The notes: generated by a model from the sequence alone, not told the origin. A stretch of 64,000 nucleotides of DNA from Candidatus Micrarchaeota archaeon (GCA_041305345.1 JBFYLP010000002.1:151480-215479); one strand, 5' to 3'. Positions 53,325 through 63,066 are shown, counted from the first letter of the stretch. Numbers and translations are program-made.

Positions 53325-53358
53325 GAGTAAAGCTTGAATTTGTGAGAATAAAAAAGTA

Positions 53359-54324
53359 TCAGATTGTCGTTATGGGCCGGCTCTGCACGATGTAGATTTT
53401 GCTGGCTTCAATCGCGAATTCGATGTCCTGCTGCTTGCCGTAATGCTTTTCTATGCCGATGCAGATTTTTGCGAGTGAAAGGATGCTTTTTCCATCCATT
53501 TTTTGCTTTGAGCGCTGGTTTACGGGCACCGGCACAGTTTTCGTTTCGATCTTTGCACCCTTCATCTGCTTGATAATCATCTTTTCCTGCTCATTGACCG
53601 CTATATCCGCGATGGAGAGGTCGGTTTTGTCAATTACGTAGTTGTCCGGGGTGACTGCACCGGAAACAACCGATTCCCCAAGTCCGAAAGCGGCCTCAAT
53701 TACCATTTGATTGCGGTCCTTTGTTACGGGATGCACGGTGAACACGACGCCCGCGACATCGGATTGGACCATTTTCTGCACAACAACAGCAACAGCAACC
53801 CGTTGATTCGAGAGCTTCTTCTCAATTCGGTAGAAAATCGCGCGGGGGGTGAAGAGGGAACTCCAACATAAGCGGATTGTCTCCAGAAGATTTTCCCTGG
53901 AGATGTTCATGTACGATTCTAGCTCTCCGGCCCACGAAGCGCTTGCTGCATCCTCCGCGGTGGCGGAAGAGCGCACTGCCACCAGTTTTGCATTTAGCCG
54001 TTCATATTCGGCAAGAACGGCTTTTTCAATTTCCTTGGAGATTTTCCCCTTTGAGACCAGCGTGCGTATCTGCTTTGAGGCCGCATCAATAGTCTGCGTT
54101 TTCTTGGGGTCGGCCTTCGAGAGGATGGAAGCGATTTTCGCATAAAAACCATTTTGCTTGATGAACGCCTCGAACGAATCCGTGAGGACAACAAAACCAG
54201 GCGGGACGGGAACCCCCGCATTATACATCTCACCAAGCTGCGCCCCTTTCCCTCCGGCAATGGAAACGCAGGATTTGTCCAGCCTCTTAAAAGGCAGCAC
54301 GAATTGCACCATATGGAAGAACAC
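53359..54324 (-). CDS. stand-alone PEP-synthase/PPDK N-terminal ATP-grasp (PPDK_N) domain protein
   Basis: SIAGGKGAQLGEMYNAGVPVPPGFVVLTDSF...VAVRSSATAEDA...QKMVQSDVAGVVFT...KIYIVQSRPITT is the PPDK_N signature. No swivel or TIM-barrel domain. Confidence 0.7.
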   Translation of the reverse strand: MFFHMVQFVLPFKRLDKSCVSIAGGKGAQLGEMYNAGVPVPPGFVVLTDSFEAFIKQNGFYAKIASILSKADPKKTQTIDAASKQIRTLVSKGKISKEIEKAVLAEYERLNAKLVAVRSSATAEDAASASWAGELESYMNISRENLLETIRLCWSSLFTPRAIFYRIEKKLSNQRVAVAVVVQKMVQSDVAGVVFTVHPVTKDRNQMVIEAAFGLGESVVSGAVTPDNYVIDKTDLSIADIAVNEQEKMIIKQMKGAKIETKTVPVPVNQRSKQKMDGKSILSLAKICIGIEKHYGKQQDIEFAIEASKIYIVQSRPITTI

Positions 54325-54420
54325 CCCCGATTAAAAATATCTGACGGAAGATAATCCGCCCATCTCTCGCCAAAACAGGAATTAATTCGGTTTTTCCTTG
54401 TATTTAAGGTTTGAGCCGCG

Positions 54421-55398
54421 CTATGCTGTTTCCTTTGGCAAATCTCCATCCGGGGAAGGCGGCTCGATTGTCAATTTGCCGTTATTGAAATGGGATTTCA
54501 GCTTGAATTGCCTCTCTATCTCGGCGCAGATTTCCTTCTCCTTCTTCCCTTCCTCAAGCATTTTTTTCGCAAACCGGATGACATTGTTGATGAGGTCGAA
54601 ATTCGAGTAGACGTAATTGCCGGCAGATTGGTTGACGCCGTAATCAATCTCCATCTTCTTCATCGCTTGCTGCTGCTGCTTCAGGGTGTTTTCCAATTTC
54701 TGCGCAGTACCGCTCGTTGTTTGTTCGGATGCCTGCGCTTCTGCGGCAATGACATCCTTTTGCTTCGATATCTCGAAATAATATTCATCGGCCATCTCGG
54801 AAATTGTGGTAAAGGCCTTCTCCTTAGCGTTCTCGAATTTTGAACTTGCAAAAGATGCAAAACCGATAGGGCGGTCGTCAGAATAATAAATTGTGGGCTG
54901 TTTTTTGGGCCTTTCAGGGAGCCTGTTTGGATTCGGAAGGGCAATGTAGGATTCGAGCCGCTTTATTGCCCGTTTGCCCGTCTGCTCCGCCTTGTATGGG
55001 GAAATGATGGTATAATCAGCGGAGGTAAGGATTAGGTTGCCCTTGGCAAACATCTCAAAAATTATGTGATACTCATCCACTTTCTGGAAGGTGAAAACGA
55101 GCAGCCGATCGTCGTTCTCCTGCTTTATTTCGGTGATTTTCGCATTCTCAAGGTGCTTGCGCAGCTGCATCACAAAGGATGAGGGCATTTCCGGGGATTC
55201 CTCGATGTACTTCGAGAGGTGCGCGCGAAGCCCCAGCTCAATGATGAGGTTGTATTCCTTATCGCCGCGGACCTTGAAGCGGAAGAGATTGGGTCGAAGC
55301 TCGAAAATCTTGTTTACGAAACCGCCTACCAACGGCTGGAGCTCCTCGACAAGGAAGGAATAGTCGAGATTGCTCATCTTTTGAACGGCCAGTGGCAT
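54421..55398 (-). CDS. NFACT-N domain protein (RqcH/NEMF/FbpA N-terminal homolog), short form
   Basis: MSNLDYSFLVEELQPLVGGFVNKIFELRPNLFRFKVRG...FVMQLRKHLENAKITEIKQENDDRLLVFTF resembles the NFACT-N consensus. Only 325 aa, so the HhH/NFACT-R/C-terminal parts are absent. Confidence 0.55.
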   Translation of the reverse strand: MPLAVQKMSNLDYSFLVEELQPLVGGFVNKIFELRPNLFRFKVRGDKEYNLIIELGLRAHLSKYIEESPEMPSSFVMQLRKHLENAKITEIKQENDDRLLVFTFQKVDEYHIIFEMFAKGNLILTSADYTIISPYKAEQTGKRAIKRLESYIALPNPNRLPERPKKQPTIYYSDDRPIGFASFASSKFENAKEKAFTTISEMADEYYFEISKQKDVIAAEAQASEQTTSGTAQKLENTLKQQQQAMKKMEIDYGVNQSAGNYVYSNFDLINNVIRFAKKMLEEGKKEKEICAEIERQFKLKSHFNNGKLTIEPPSPDGDLPKETA

Positions 55399-55519
55399 GG
55401 GATCACTCTTTGAAACGGAAGTATTAAACCAGGAAATTAAAAAGGTGCGCGGGTTATTAATTGTGGGCGGAATTCCTTCGAAGGGCGACTAGACCACAGC
55501 TTTATATATTAACCCATAC

Positions 55520-55539
55520 CTATATCGTAACCGATATAG
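55520..55539. promoter_or_regulatory. perfect inverted repeat CTATATCG-N4-CGATATAG overlapping the padR promoter region (candidate PadR operator); TATA-like TTTATATATT at 55501-55510
   Basis: Seen directly. The palindrome lies ~20 nt upstream of the padR start at 55557 and downstream of a TATA-like box. Confidence 0.35.
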
Positions 55540-55556
55540 AAGGTTGGCGATATGTC

Positions 55557-56078
55557 ATGATGGGCGAATGCGGCATTCGGGGCATGCTCGAGCTGTTCAT
55601 CCTTGTTGAATGCAAGGATAGGCCTTCCTCAGGGAAGGACTTGGTCGCGAAGGCCACGCTGCTATCCGATGGCACGTGGAAGCCTTCAGCAGGAAGCATA
55701 TACCCGCTATTGCAGAAAATGGAGAAGGGCGGGCTGATAAAGGCGTCCCTTAGGAAACAGGAAAAGGGGAGGCGCGAGATAGCATATGCGATCACCGGGA
55801 AGGGAAAGGCCGTCCTCGAGGCCGGCAAGGAAAAACTCGAAAGCAGCATGCATACCACTTTGACAGCCGTGAACCCGATCCTATTCCGGATCGCGCACGA
55901 ATTCGACGGGGAGCAATTGGAGGAGGCAAAGCGATTCTGGAAGGCGATGATGGACCTGCGGACGCTTATGATGGCCGAGCCCAGAAGGGAATTGAGGCAT
56001 AGGCGCTTCATAAGGTTGTTTAAAATGGCACAAAGGGAAATAGAATTGATGAAAACGGAACTGGGATTGGAAAAATGA
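55557..56078 (+). CDS. PadR-family transcriptional regulator
   Basis: GMLELFILVEC...SSGKDL...GSIYPLLQKMEKGGLI is the PadR wHTH signature. The ORF table begins at 55461 but Met 55557 fits the family. Confidence 0.7.
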   Translation: MMGECGIRGMLELFILVECKDRPSSGKDLVAKATLLSDGTWKPSAGSIYPLLQKMEKGGLIKASLRKQEKGRREIAYAITGKGKAVLEAGKEKLESSMHTTLTAVNPILFRIAHEFDGEQLEEAKRFWKAMMDLRTLMMAEPRRELRHRRFIRLFKMAQREIELMKTELGLEK

Positions 56079-56815
56079 CGTCGCATAAGGTCGTAATGAA
56101 ACTGGAGGGCGTATGCAAGACATACGGCGAGGGCGATGCGCAGGTTAAGGCGCTTTGCGGAGTGAACCTCGAATTCCGGGAGGGCGAGGTCGTCGCCATA
56201 ATGGGCCCTTCGGGAAGCGGGAAGAGCACGATGTTGCACATCCTCGGACTGCTGGATAGGCCAACCGAGGGAAAGCTTTACCTGGATGGGATCGAGACCT
56301 CGACATTGAATGACGACGAACTTGCGGTAATTAGGGGGAAGAAGATAGGCTTCGTATTCCAGTTTTTCTTCCTCATACCTTCCCTTACCGTACAGGAAAA
56401 CGTGGAGCTGCCGATGATGCTTCTTGGGATCGACGAGGTTGAGAGGGCAAGGCGGGCTAGGGAACTCCTTGAAAAGGTGGGGCTTGGCGACCGGATGCAC
56501 CACCTTCCATCAGAGCTATCGGGCGGGCAGAGGCAAAGGACCGCAATAGCAAGGGCGCTTGCAAATGATCCCTCAATAATAATGGCGGATGAGCCAACGG
56601 GAAACCTCGATTCCAAAACCGGCTCGGAAATAATGGCATTATTTGATGAATTGAACAAGAAGGATGGCCGCACAATAGTCTTTGTGACCCACGATCCCGA
56701 CCTGGTGCGCCATTCTGAGAGGGTAATACTACTAAGGGACGGCGCAATCGAGAAGGTGATTGGGGACGGAAAGCGCCTTCTGACCCATATGGGCAATATT
56801 CGTCTTAAAAAATAG
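56075..56815 (+). CDS. ABC transporter ATP-binding protein, MacB/LolD-type
   Basis: GPSGSGKST, LSGGQRQRTAIARAL, IMADEPTGNLD, VTHD. Confidence 0.9.
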   Translation: MTSHKVVMKLEGVCKTYGEGDAQVKALCGVNLEFREGEVVAIMGPSGSGKSTMLHILGLLDRPTEGKLYLDGIETSTLNDDELAVIRGKKIGFVFQFFFLIPSLTVQENVELPMMLLGIDEVERARRARELLEKVGLGDRMHHLPSELSGGQRQRTAIARALANDPSIIMADEPTGNLDSKTGSEIMALFDELNKKDGRTIVFVTHDPDLVRHSERVILLRDGAIEKVIGDGKRLLTHMGNIRLKK

Positions 56816-56824
56816 GTGGTTTGA

Positions 56825-58378
56825 ATGAACGGAAATGCTTTGGTAATTGCTTTTGGTATGTTTTTATTCTTGATCGCGCCACTGGTGAGCGCGGGAGTGC
56901 AGGTAACGACCTTCAGCATCACGCCAACGACCCTCAAGCCCGGAATGTCGGGCACCATCTCATTGACATTGAACAATCCCAGTGCAACGGAGTTCATCAC
57001 GGCCGCATACCTGAAAGCTCGGGCCAACGGCATAAATTTTGTCCCCGAAACCAAGATCGGGGACCTTGGTGCCGAGGGTACGACCATTGTCGCGATACCA
57101 TTCACAGTAGCGGAAAACACCAATCCGGGGGTCATTCCGGTTACCCTGGAGTTGTCATACACGAGCAGCGTAAGCGAAGGCGGGAACTATAAGTCCTTCT
57201 CTATCCCCCTCACGGTATCCGCCACCAACCTTCTGAAGGTCACCGATGTGGAAATCAGCCAGGACACAATTTTTCCCGGGGATTCATTCACAATTGATGC
57301 GGTCATCGAGGATTCCGGCGGCCCGATCAAGAATGCGGTCCTCAGCTATTCGGCAACCGCGGCATACACTTTCGAGGGGACGTCAAAACTGGACGTGGGA
57401 AACCTCGCAGCAGGGGAGAGGAAAAGCATCAGGATACCGGTAATAGCGGGCAACAGCATAACGGGAGGGTATTATTCAATCCCATTCACGATCACGTTCG
57501 ATGATGCGGTCACGGCGGGGAATGTGGACACGCTTTATTTCGGCCCGGTGACGGCGATCCAGGACACAGCAAAATTCGCGATCTCCGCGGAAGCCATTGA
57601 TGCAACGCCCGGCGGCAAGGGCATCTTCAGGATCGCAGTGGAAAATACGGGAACCAACGACCTTAGGAATTTCAAGATTGCACTGCCCCAGAGCGCCACA
57701 TTCTTTACGCCCCTGGATTTTGCGGAAAAAACAATTGATGTGATCAAATCGGGCGAAACAAAGACCATTGATTTCGACGTGGGGATCGGGACGAACATCG
57801 TGCCCCAGGTTTACCAGCTCCAGCTGACAACCACATACCAGACGAAAAGCGGGAGCCAGACAGCTGAAAAAACGGTTGGCGTGAAAATCGGCGGGGCACC
57901 TGATCTATCGGTTTACCTCAGCTCGAACCCGGCTGTGATTTCTAATGACAACAAAGTATATTCGATTTCAGTGCAGGTCGCAAATACCGGCAATTCCGCG
58001 GTCAGGGCGCTTTCGCTTAAGGCAGGCGCAAAGGAGCTTGAGATCCTTGGCGCAGCCGACTCCTTCATCGGGACCCTGAGCCTTGACGATTACAGCACGG
58101 TTCAATTCGATGCGGTCGTCGCTAAGGGGATTGCGCCTGGGAAGTACAGGATGGCAGTCGAACTCTCATACAAGGACTCGTATAACACGCCCCACATCGA
58201 GAACAAGTACGTGGAATACGACATCTATTCCCAGGAGGTGGCCCTGCTCGCCAGCAAGCAGAACGGGAACAACCCGATGGTGATGGTGGCTATTGGCATC
58301 GTCATCCTCATTGTCGCATACTTCGCGTACAAGCGTTTCTTCCGGAGCCAGATGAGCCAGAAGCTGAAATTGAAATGA
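56825..58378 (+). CDS. secreted COG1361-like beta-sandwich surface protein with C-terminal TM anchor (paralog of 3966..5300)
   Basis: Signal peptide, repeated beta-rich modules, C-terminal TM MVMVAIGIVILIVAYFAYKRFFR. Sits between the ABC ATPase and the FtsX permeases. Confidence 0.6.
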   Translation: MNGNALVIAFGMFLFLIAPLVSAGVQVTTFSITPTTLKPGMSGTISLTLNNPSATEFITAAYLKARANGINFVPETKIGDLGAEGTTIVAIPFTVAENTNPGVIPVTLELSYTSSVSEGGNYKSFSIPLTVSATNLLKVTDVEISQDTIFPGDSFTIDAVIEDSGGPIKNAVLSYSATAAYTFEGTSKLDVGNLAAGERKSIRIPVIAGNSITGGYYSIPFTITFDDAVTAGNVDTLYFGPVTAIQDTAKFAISAEAIDATPGGKGIFRIAVENTGTNDLRNFKIALPQSATFFTPLDFAEKTIDVIKSGETKTIDFDVGIGTNIVPQVYQLQLTTTYQTKSGSQTAEKTVGVKIGGAPDLSVYLSSNPAVISNDNKVYSISVQVANTGNSAVRALSLKAGAKELEILGAADSFIGTLSLDDYSTVQFDAVVAKGIAPGKYRMAVELSYKDSYNTPHIENKYVEYDIYSQEVALLASKQNGNNPMVMVAIGIVILIVAYFAYKRFFRSQMSQKLKLK

Positions 58379-58453
58379 GGACGGGCGGATCTTGCGGCTT
58401 CCCTTGCCGTCATTTCCAAAGTTGCGCCAAGCCCGCTTGGATGGCAGGATATT

Positions 58454-59659
58454 ATGGTTTCGAACGTCGATGTACTCGAATATTCGATTGCGAACATGCA
58501 GCACCGCCAGTTAAGGAGCTGGCTTACGGTGCTTGGCATCGTGATTGGGATCGCCTCCATTGTGCTGCTGGTTTCCATCGGGCAGGGCCTCGACAAGGAG
58601 ATAAAGAACCAATTGAGCTCAATTGGCACCAACTACATCATCATTCTTCCGGGGAGCCCGTATGAAAGCGGTGCGCAGTTCGGGCCGCCTACATTCAAAG
58701 GCGAGCTGTACCAGGCCGATGCCGACGCCATCCGCAGGCTTCCGGGGATGAAATCAGTCTCATCCGCGGTAGTAATCGGGGTTGCAAACCTCGAATACAA
58801 GGGCGAGAAGGCAAGCACCGTTGCGGTCGGCGCGGAGCCGTATGCGATGGAGGATTTCCTCACGATCGGGTATGAGAAAGGAAAATTCCTCGATGAAAGC
58901 GACATCGGAGGCGTCGTGCTTGGCAACAATGTTGCAAAAACTCTTTTTCCGGATGAAGTCGAGTATGGGAAGACAATAAAGATCAATGGAAGGGATTTCC
59001 GTGTGAAGGGCATCCTGAAGAAGGGCGGCTCGTTTAGCCAATTCGACAGTTTCGTGTTCATTGACCAGGGCGTTGCCAGGGAGCTTGGGAAGACTGTTGG
59101 AAGCAAGCGGATCGACCGAATTTTTTCGATCGCAACCTCCGCAGAAGAGGTGCCGGCCTTGGAACAGGGTATCATCAAGGAAATCTCAAAGAGGCACCGG
59201 CTGCCGGTTGAGAAGCGGGATTTCCAGACGACCACACCCCAGAGCATATCGGATTCCATAAGCCAGATCACGAGCCTTCTTTCAATTTTTTTGGGGCTGA
59301 TCGCCACGATTTCACTTATCGTAGGGATGGTGGGCATTGCAAACGCGATGTTCACATCGGTGCTCGAGCGCACAAGGGAGATTGGCATCCTGAAGGCGGT
59401 TGGCGCCAATGAACGCACGATCATAAAAATTTTCCTCTACGAATCCGGCCTGATAGGATTGGTTGGCGGGCTCATCGGGGTGCTTATTGGCGTTGGCTTG
59501 TCGATGCTCCTATCGAAAATCGGCGTTCCTTCCTCGGTCTCATTTGATTTCGTGCTGATATGCCTCATCGCGTCCTCCGTGGTGGGGCTGTTATCCGGCG
59601 CATTGCCGGCATTGAACGCATCAAAGCTCCAGCCTGTTGAGGCGCTAAGGTATGAGTGA
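58454..59659 (+). CDS. ABC transporter permease, FtsX/MacB family
   Basis: N-terminal RQLRSWLTVLGIVIGIAS, periplasmic domain, C-terminal 3-TM bundle ending LQPVEALRYE. Confidence 0.85.
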   Translation: MVSNVDVLEYSIANMQHRQLRSWLTVLGIVIGIASIVLLVSIGQGLDKEIKNQLSSIGTNYIIILPGSPYESGAQFGPPTFKGELYQADADAIRRLPGMKSVSSAVVIGVANLEYKGEKASTVAVGAEPYAMEDFLTIGYEKGKFLDESDIGGVVLGNNVAKTLFPDEVEYGKTIKINGRDFRVKGILKKGGSFSQFDSFVFIDQGVARELGKTVGSKRIDRIFSIATSAEEVPALEQGIIKEISKRHRLPVEKRDFQTTTPQSISDSISQITSLLSIFLGLIATISLIVGMVGIANAMFTSVLERTREIGILKAVGANERTIIKIFLYESGLIGLVGGLIGVLIGVGLSMLLSKIGVPSSVSFDFVLICLIASSVVGLLSGALPALNASKLQPVEALRYE

Positions 59660-59679
59660 CAATCAAGGTATGAAGGGTT

Positions 59680-60870
59680 ATGGATTTTGCTGAGAACATC
59701 CGTTATGCATTGATAGGATTGCGCTATAGGAAGCTGCGCAGCGTCCTTACTGTGCTCGGCGTAGTCATAGGAATTGCTGCAATCGTAATACTAATAGCAC
59801 TTGCGCAGGGGCTGGACAAAGCGGTGAGGGACCAGATAACCGGAATGGGAACGAATTACATCCAGGTGATGCCCGGCGCATCATTCGGGCTGACAAGCTT
59901 CTTTTCCCAAAGCGGCGCCCTATATGAGAGGGATACGGAATCGGTAAGGAATCTTGCCGGCGTCGAAGGTGCGACCTCCATCGTTTCCCCGGGTTTCGCA
60001 ACCCTGACATATAGAAACAGCTCCCTGACCTCCATCATTGCGGGGATAGAACCCGATGAAGTCAGGGGCTACTACGGGACATTCGGGATGGAAACAGGTG
60101 AGTGGCTAAGGGATGCCGACCGCTTCGGGGTTGTTATGGGCAATAATGTCGCGAAAACGGGCTTCAAGGATAAGGTGCAGGTTGGGAAGACGATTTACAT
60201 CAACGACCAGCCATTCAAGGTGAAGGGCATATTGAACCCTGCTGCTGCTGTTGATTCCGACATATATGTAACCATCGATGCAGCAAAGTCCTTCATTGCG
60301 GATACGGCGGAGGAGGGCAGGATTTATTCCCTTTTCATTATTACTCAAAAGGACCGTGAGGTCGCACCGATTGCAAGGCAGGTGGAAAGAGTGATAGCAA
60401 ACAACCACCGCGTCAGCCTTGATGACAAGGATTTCGCCCTGATAACGGCCGATAGCATCCTGGAATCAGTGGGCGTGATATTCCAGCTGCTTTCCGTGTT
60501 TCTTGGGATGGTCGCGGGGATTTCGCTTCTTGTCGGAAGCATCGGGATTGCAAATTCGATGTTCACATCGGTGATGGAAAGGACCAGGGAAATTGGGGTC
60601 CTGAAGGCCATAGGCGCAAGCAGCAACACCATCACCCACCTGTTCCTGATTGAGGCAGGAATGCTAGGCGGGCTGGGCGGGGCAATAGGGATCCTCCTTG
60701 GGGCTTTGATTGCAGAAGCGTTGAAATCGTTTGGGGCGCCCCTGCAGATATCCCTCGAATTGGTCGCATTCTCCCTTGTCATATCGCTTGTTGTAGGCAT
60801 ACTGTCGGGATACTTCCCGGCAAAGCACGCTGCAAGCCTCCAGCCTGTCGAGGCATTGAGGTACGAGTGA
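59680..60870 (+). CDS. ABC transporter permease, FtsX/MacB family (second paralog)
   Basis: RKLRSVLTVLGVVIGIAA...C-terminal ...LQPVEALRYE. Confidence 0.85.
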   Translation: MDFAENIRYALIGLRYRKLRSVLTVLGVVIGIAAIVILIALAQGLDKAVRDQITGMGTNYIQVMPGASFGLTSFFSQSGALYERDTESVRNLAGVEGATSIVSPGFATLTYRNSSLTSIIAGIEPDEVRGYYGTFGMETGEWLRDADRFGVVMGNNVAKTGFKDKVQVGKTIYINDQPFKVKGILNPAAAVDSDIYVTIDAAKSFIADTAEEGRIYSLFIITQKDREVAPIARQVERVIANNHRVSLDDKDFALITADSILESVGVIFQLLSVFLGMVAGISLLVGSIGIANSMFTSVMERTREIGVLKAIGASSNTITHLFLIEAGMLGGLGGAIGILLGALIAEALKSFGAPLQISLELVAFSLVISLVVGILSGYFPAKHAASLQPVEALRYE

Positions 60871-60948
60871 GGGCGGGCGCTTAAACCGGGAGTTAATATA
60901 CCAAAGGAATGATTTTATTCGGAGCAAGTTCCTTGATGTACGCTGCTT

Positions 60949-61950
60949 TTGTTGATTGAAATGGCAATAATCGTGACAAAAAGCCTGACGAGGAAGTTTG
61001 GCACCCTGACCGCTGTTGATGCCATTAACCTCGAAATCAGCGAAGGGGAGATCTTCGGATTGCTTGGCCCCAACGGTGCGGGAAAGACAACGGCCATATC
61101 AATGCTTTGCACGATACTAAGGCCCACGTCGGGAACGGCCTTCGTGAACGGCTTTGATATCGATATGCAGCAGGACAGGGTTAGGAAATCCATCGGCATA
61201 GTATTCCAGGACGGCAGCCTCGACGAGGAGCTGACGGCGATGGAAAACCTCGAATTGCACGGCAGATTGTATGGCATGGAGAAGGGAAAGATAAGCGAAA
61301 GGGCAGGCGAGGTGCTTGGGATCGTTGAACTGACGGATAGGAAGAACGACTTGGTGAAGACATTTTCCGGCGGGATGAGGAGGAGGCTCGAAATCGGCAG
61401 GGGGCTGATGCATTACCCGAAGGTGTTTTTCCTCGATGAGCCGACTATCGGCCTAGACCCCCAGACACGGGATCACATCTGGGAATACATCGTGAAGCTC
61501 AACAAGGAACAGGGCGTAACAATCGTACTTACGACTCACTATATGGACGAGGCGGAAAAACTGTGCAACCGCATTGCGATAATCGACCATGCAAAAATCA
61601 TACTGCTTGGGACGCCTGGTGAGCTGAAGGCTAAGCTTGATGGCAAGAGCGCAATCTCCATTGTGCCCGAAAAGGAACAGCTGGAAAAATTCAAATCATT
61701 GGTCGAGGGGCAGAAATTCGTGATTAAATTGCAGATGACCAAAACCAGCCTGAACCTTTCCGTGACGGACCAAAGGATTGCCTTCCCCCTCATCCTGGAT
61801 TTGGCAGCGAGGAACGGCATTAAAATCGAGAGCATCGAAACGCATATGCCCTCCTTGAACGACGTATTCATACATTTCACGGGCAGGGAGCTTAGGAGGG
61901 AGGAAGCTGAAGGCCAGGGGCCGATGATGCGCGCTAGAATGAGGCGGTAA
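60949..61950 (+). CDS. ABC-2-type exporter ATP-binding protein (DrrA/CcmA-like)
   Basis: GLLGPNGAGKTT, SGGMRRRLEIGRGL, FLDEPTIGLD, TTHYMDEAE. C-terminal accessory domain. Confidence 0.85.
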   Translation: MLIEMAIIVTKSLTRKFGTLTAVDAINLEISEGEIFGLLGPNGAGKTTAISMLCTILRPTSGTAFVNGFDIDMQQDRVRKSIGIVFQDGSLDEELTAMENLELHGRLYGMEKGKISERAGEVLGIVELTDRKNDLVKTFSGGMRRRLEIGRGLMHYPKVFFLDEPTIGLDPQTRDHIWEYIVKLNKEQGVTIVLTTHYMDEAEKLCNRIAIIDHAKIILLGTPGELKAKLDGKSAISIVPEKEQLEKFKSLVEGQKFVIKLQMTKTSLNLSVTDQRIAFPLILDLAARNGIKIESIETHMPSLNDVFIHFTGRELRREEAEGQGPMMRARMRR

Positions 61951-61952
61951 TC

Positions 61953-62711
61953 ATGACGATGATGCAGGAACTCAATGGCGTGAAGGCGATATGGCTGCGC
62001 GAGTTCATCCGGTTCAGGAGGCATAGATCGAGGATCGTAACATCCATTGTGCAGCCCTTGCTCTGGCTTTTCCTTTTTGGTGCGGGATTCAGCGCCATCG
62101 CGAATGTCGGGGATGGCATAAGCTACCAGGCCTACCTTTTCCCGGGCATCATCGGGATAACGGTGCTGTTCACGTCGATTTTTTTTGGCGTTTCCATTAT
62201 TTGGGACAGGCAGTTCGGATTCCTTAAGGAAATCCTGGTTGCTCCACTATCGAGGATAACGATATTTTTCGGAAAGGCGCTTGGCGGCACGACAACATCG
62301 ATGATTCAAGGCACCCTGATCCTTCTGATGGGCTTCGCGTTGGACCTTAACTTAACCCCTATGCACGTCATTGCGGTCCTGCCGGTGATGTTCCTGCTTT
62401 CCCTTACGATTGTTAGCATCGGGCTGACAATTGGCTCAATGATGGAAAGTTTCGAAGGGTTCAACCTGATCATGACGTTCCTCAATATGCCCATGTTTTT
62501 CCTGAGCGGGGCATTGTTCCCGGTTGATGATCTGCCAGCCTTCCTTAAACCCCTAAGCATCGTGAACCCGATGACTTACGCGGTGGATGCTTTCCGGGGC
62601 ATCATCCTTGGAATGAATGCCGCGGACGTCTGGTACGATGTGGGATTCCTGTTTGGGTTTTGCATCCTTTTCCTTTTTATGGGCGCCTTCGTATTCAGCA
62701 GGCGGAAATAG
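61953..62711 (+). CDS. ABC-2-type transporter permease
   Basis: 252 aa, 6 TM, ABC2_membrane-like. Directly follows the ATPase. Confidence 0.75.
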   Translation: MTMMQELNGVKAIWLREFIRFRRHRSRIVTSIVQPLLWLFLFGAGFSAIANVGDGISYQAYLFPGIIGITVLFTSIFFGVSIIWDRQFGFLKEILVAPLSRITIFFGKALGGTTTSMIQGTLILLMGFALDLNLTPMHVIAVLPVMFLLSLTIVSIGLTIGSMMESFEGFNLIMTFLNMPMFFLSGALFPVDDLPAFLKPLSIVNPMTYAVDAFRGIILGMNAADVWYDVGFLFGFCILFLFMGAFVFSRRK

Positions 62712-62718
62712 TGGTAAA

Positions 62719-63027
62719 ATGGTAACAGAATCGCAGGTTAGGAATGCATTGAAGAAATGCTATGATCCCGAGATAAGCATCAACATCGTTGATCTGGGGC
62801 TCGTGTATGAAGTGAAGGTTTCCCGGGGGGAGGCGCACATCAAATTCTCGCTCACATATCCGGGCTGCCCGCTTGAGCCGCAGATAAGGGAGCAGATAAT
62901 GGCGGAAGTTGGCAAATTAAGGGGAGTGAAACAGGTTATTGCGGAATTGGTTTGGGAGCCTGCGTGGAGCGAAAAAATGATGACGGATGATGGGAGGGAG
63001 GCGATTAAATATTTGCGCGGATTTTAA
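62719..63027 (+). CDS. DUF59/MIP18-family Fe-S cluster assembly protein (SufT/PaaD-like)
   Basis: LKKCYDPEISINIVDLGLVYEVKV...FSLTYPGCPLEPQIREQIMAEV...VWEPAWSEKMMTDDGREA matches the DUF59 consensus. Start at MVTESQ. Confidence 0.65.
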   Translation: MVTESQVRNALKKCYDPEISINIVDLGLVYEVKVSRGEAHIKFSLTYPGCPLEPQIREQIMAEVGKLRGVKQVIAELVWEPAWSEKMMTDDGREAIKYLRGF

Positions 63028-63066
63028 GATCGGGCCTGATCGGAAATTTTCAGGGGCACCATATCG

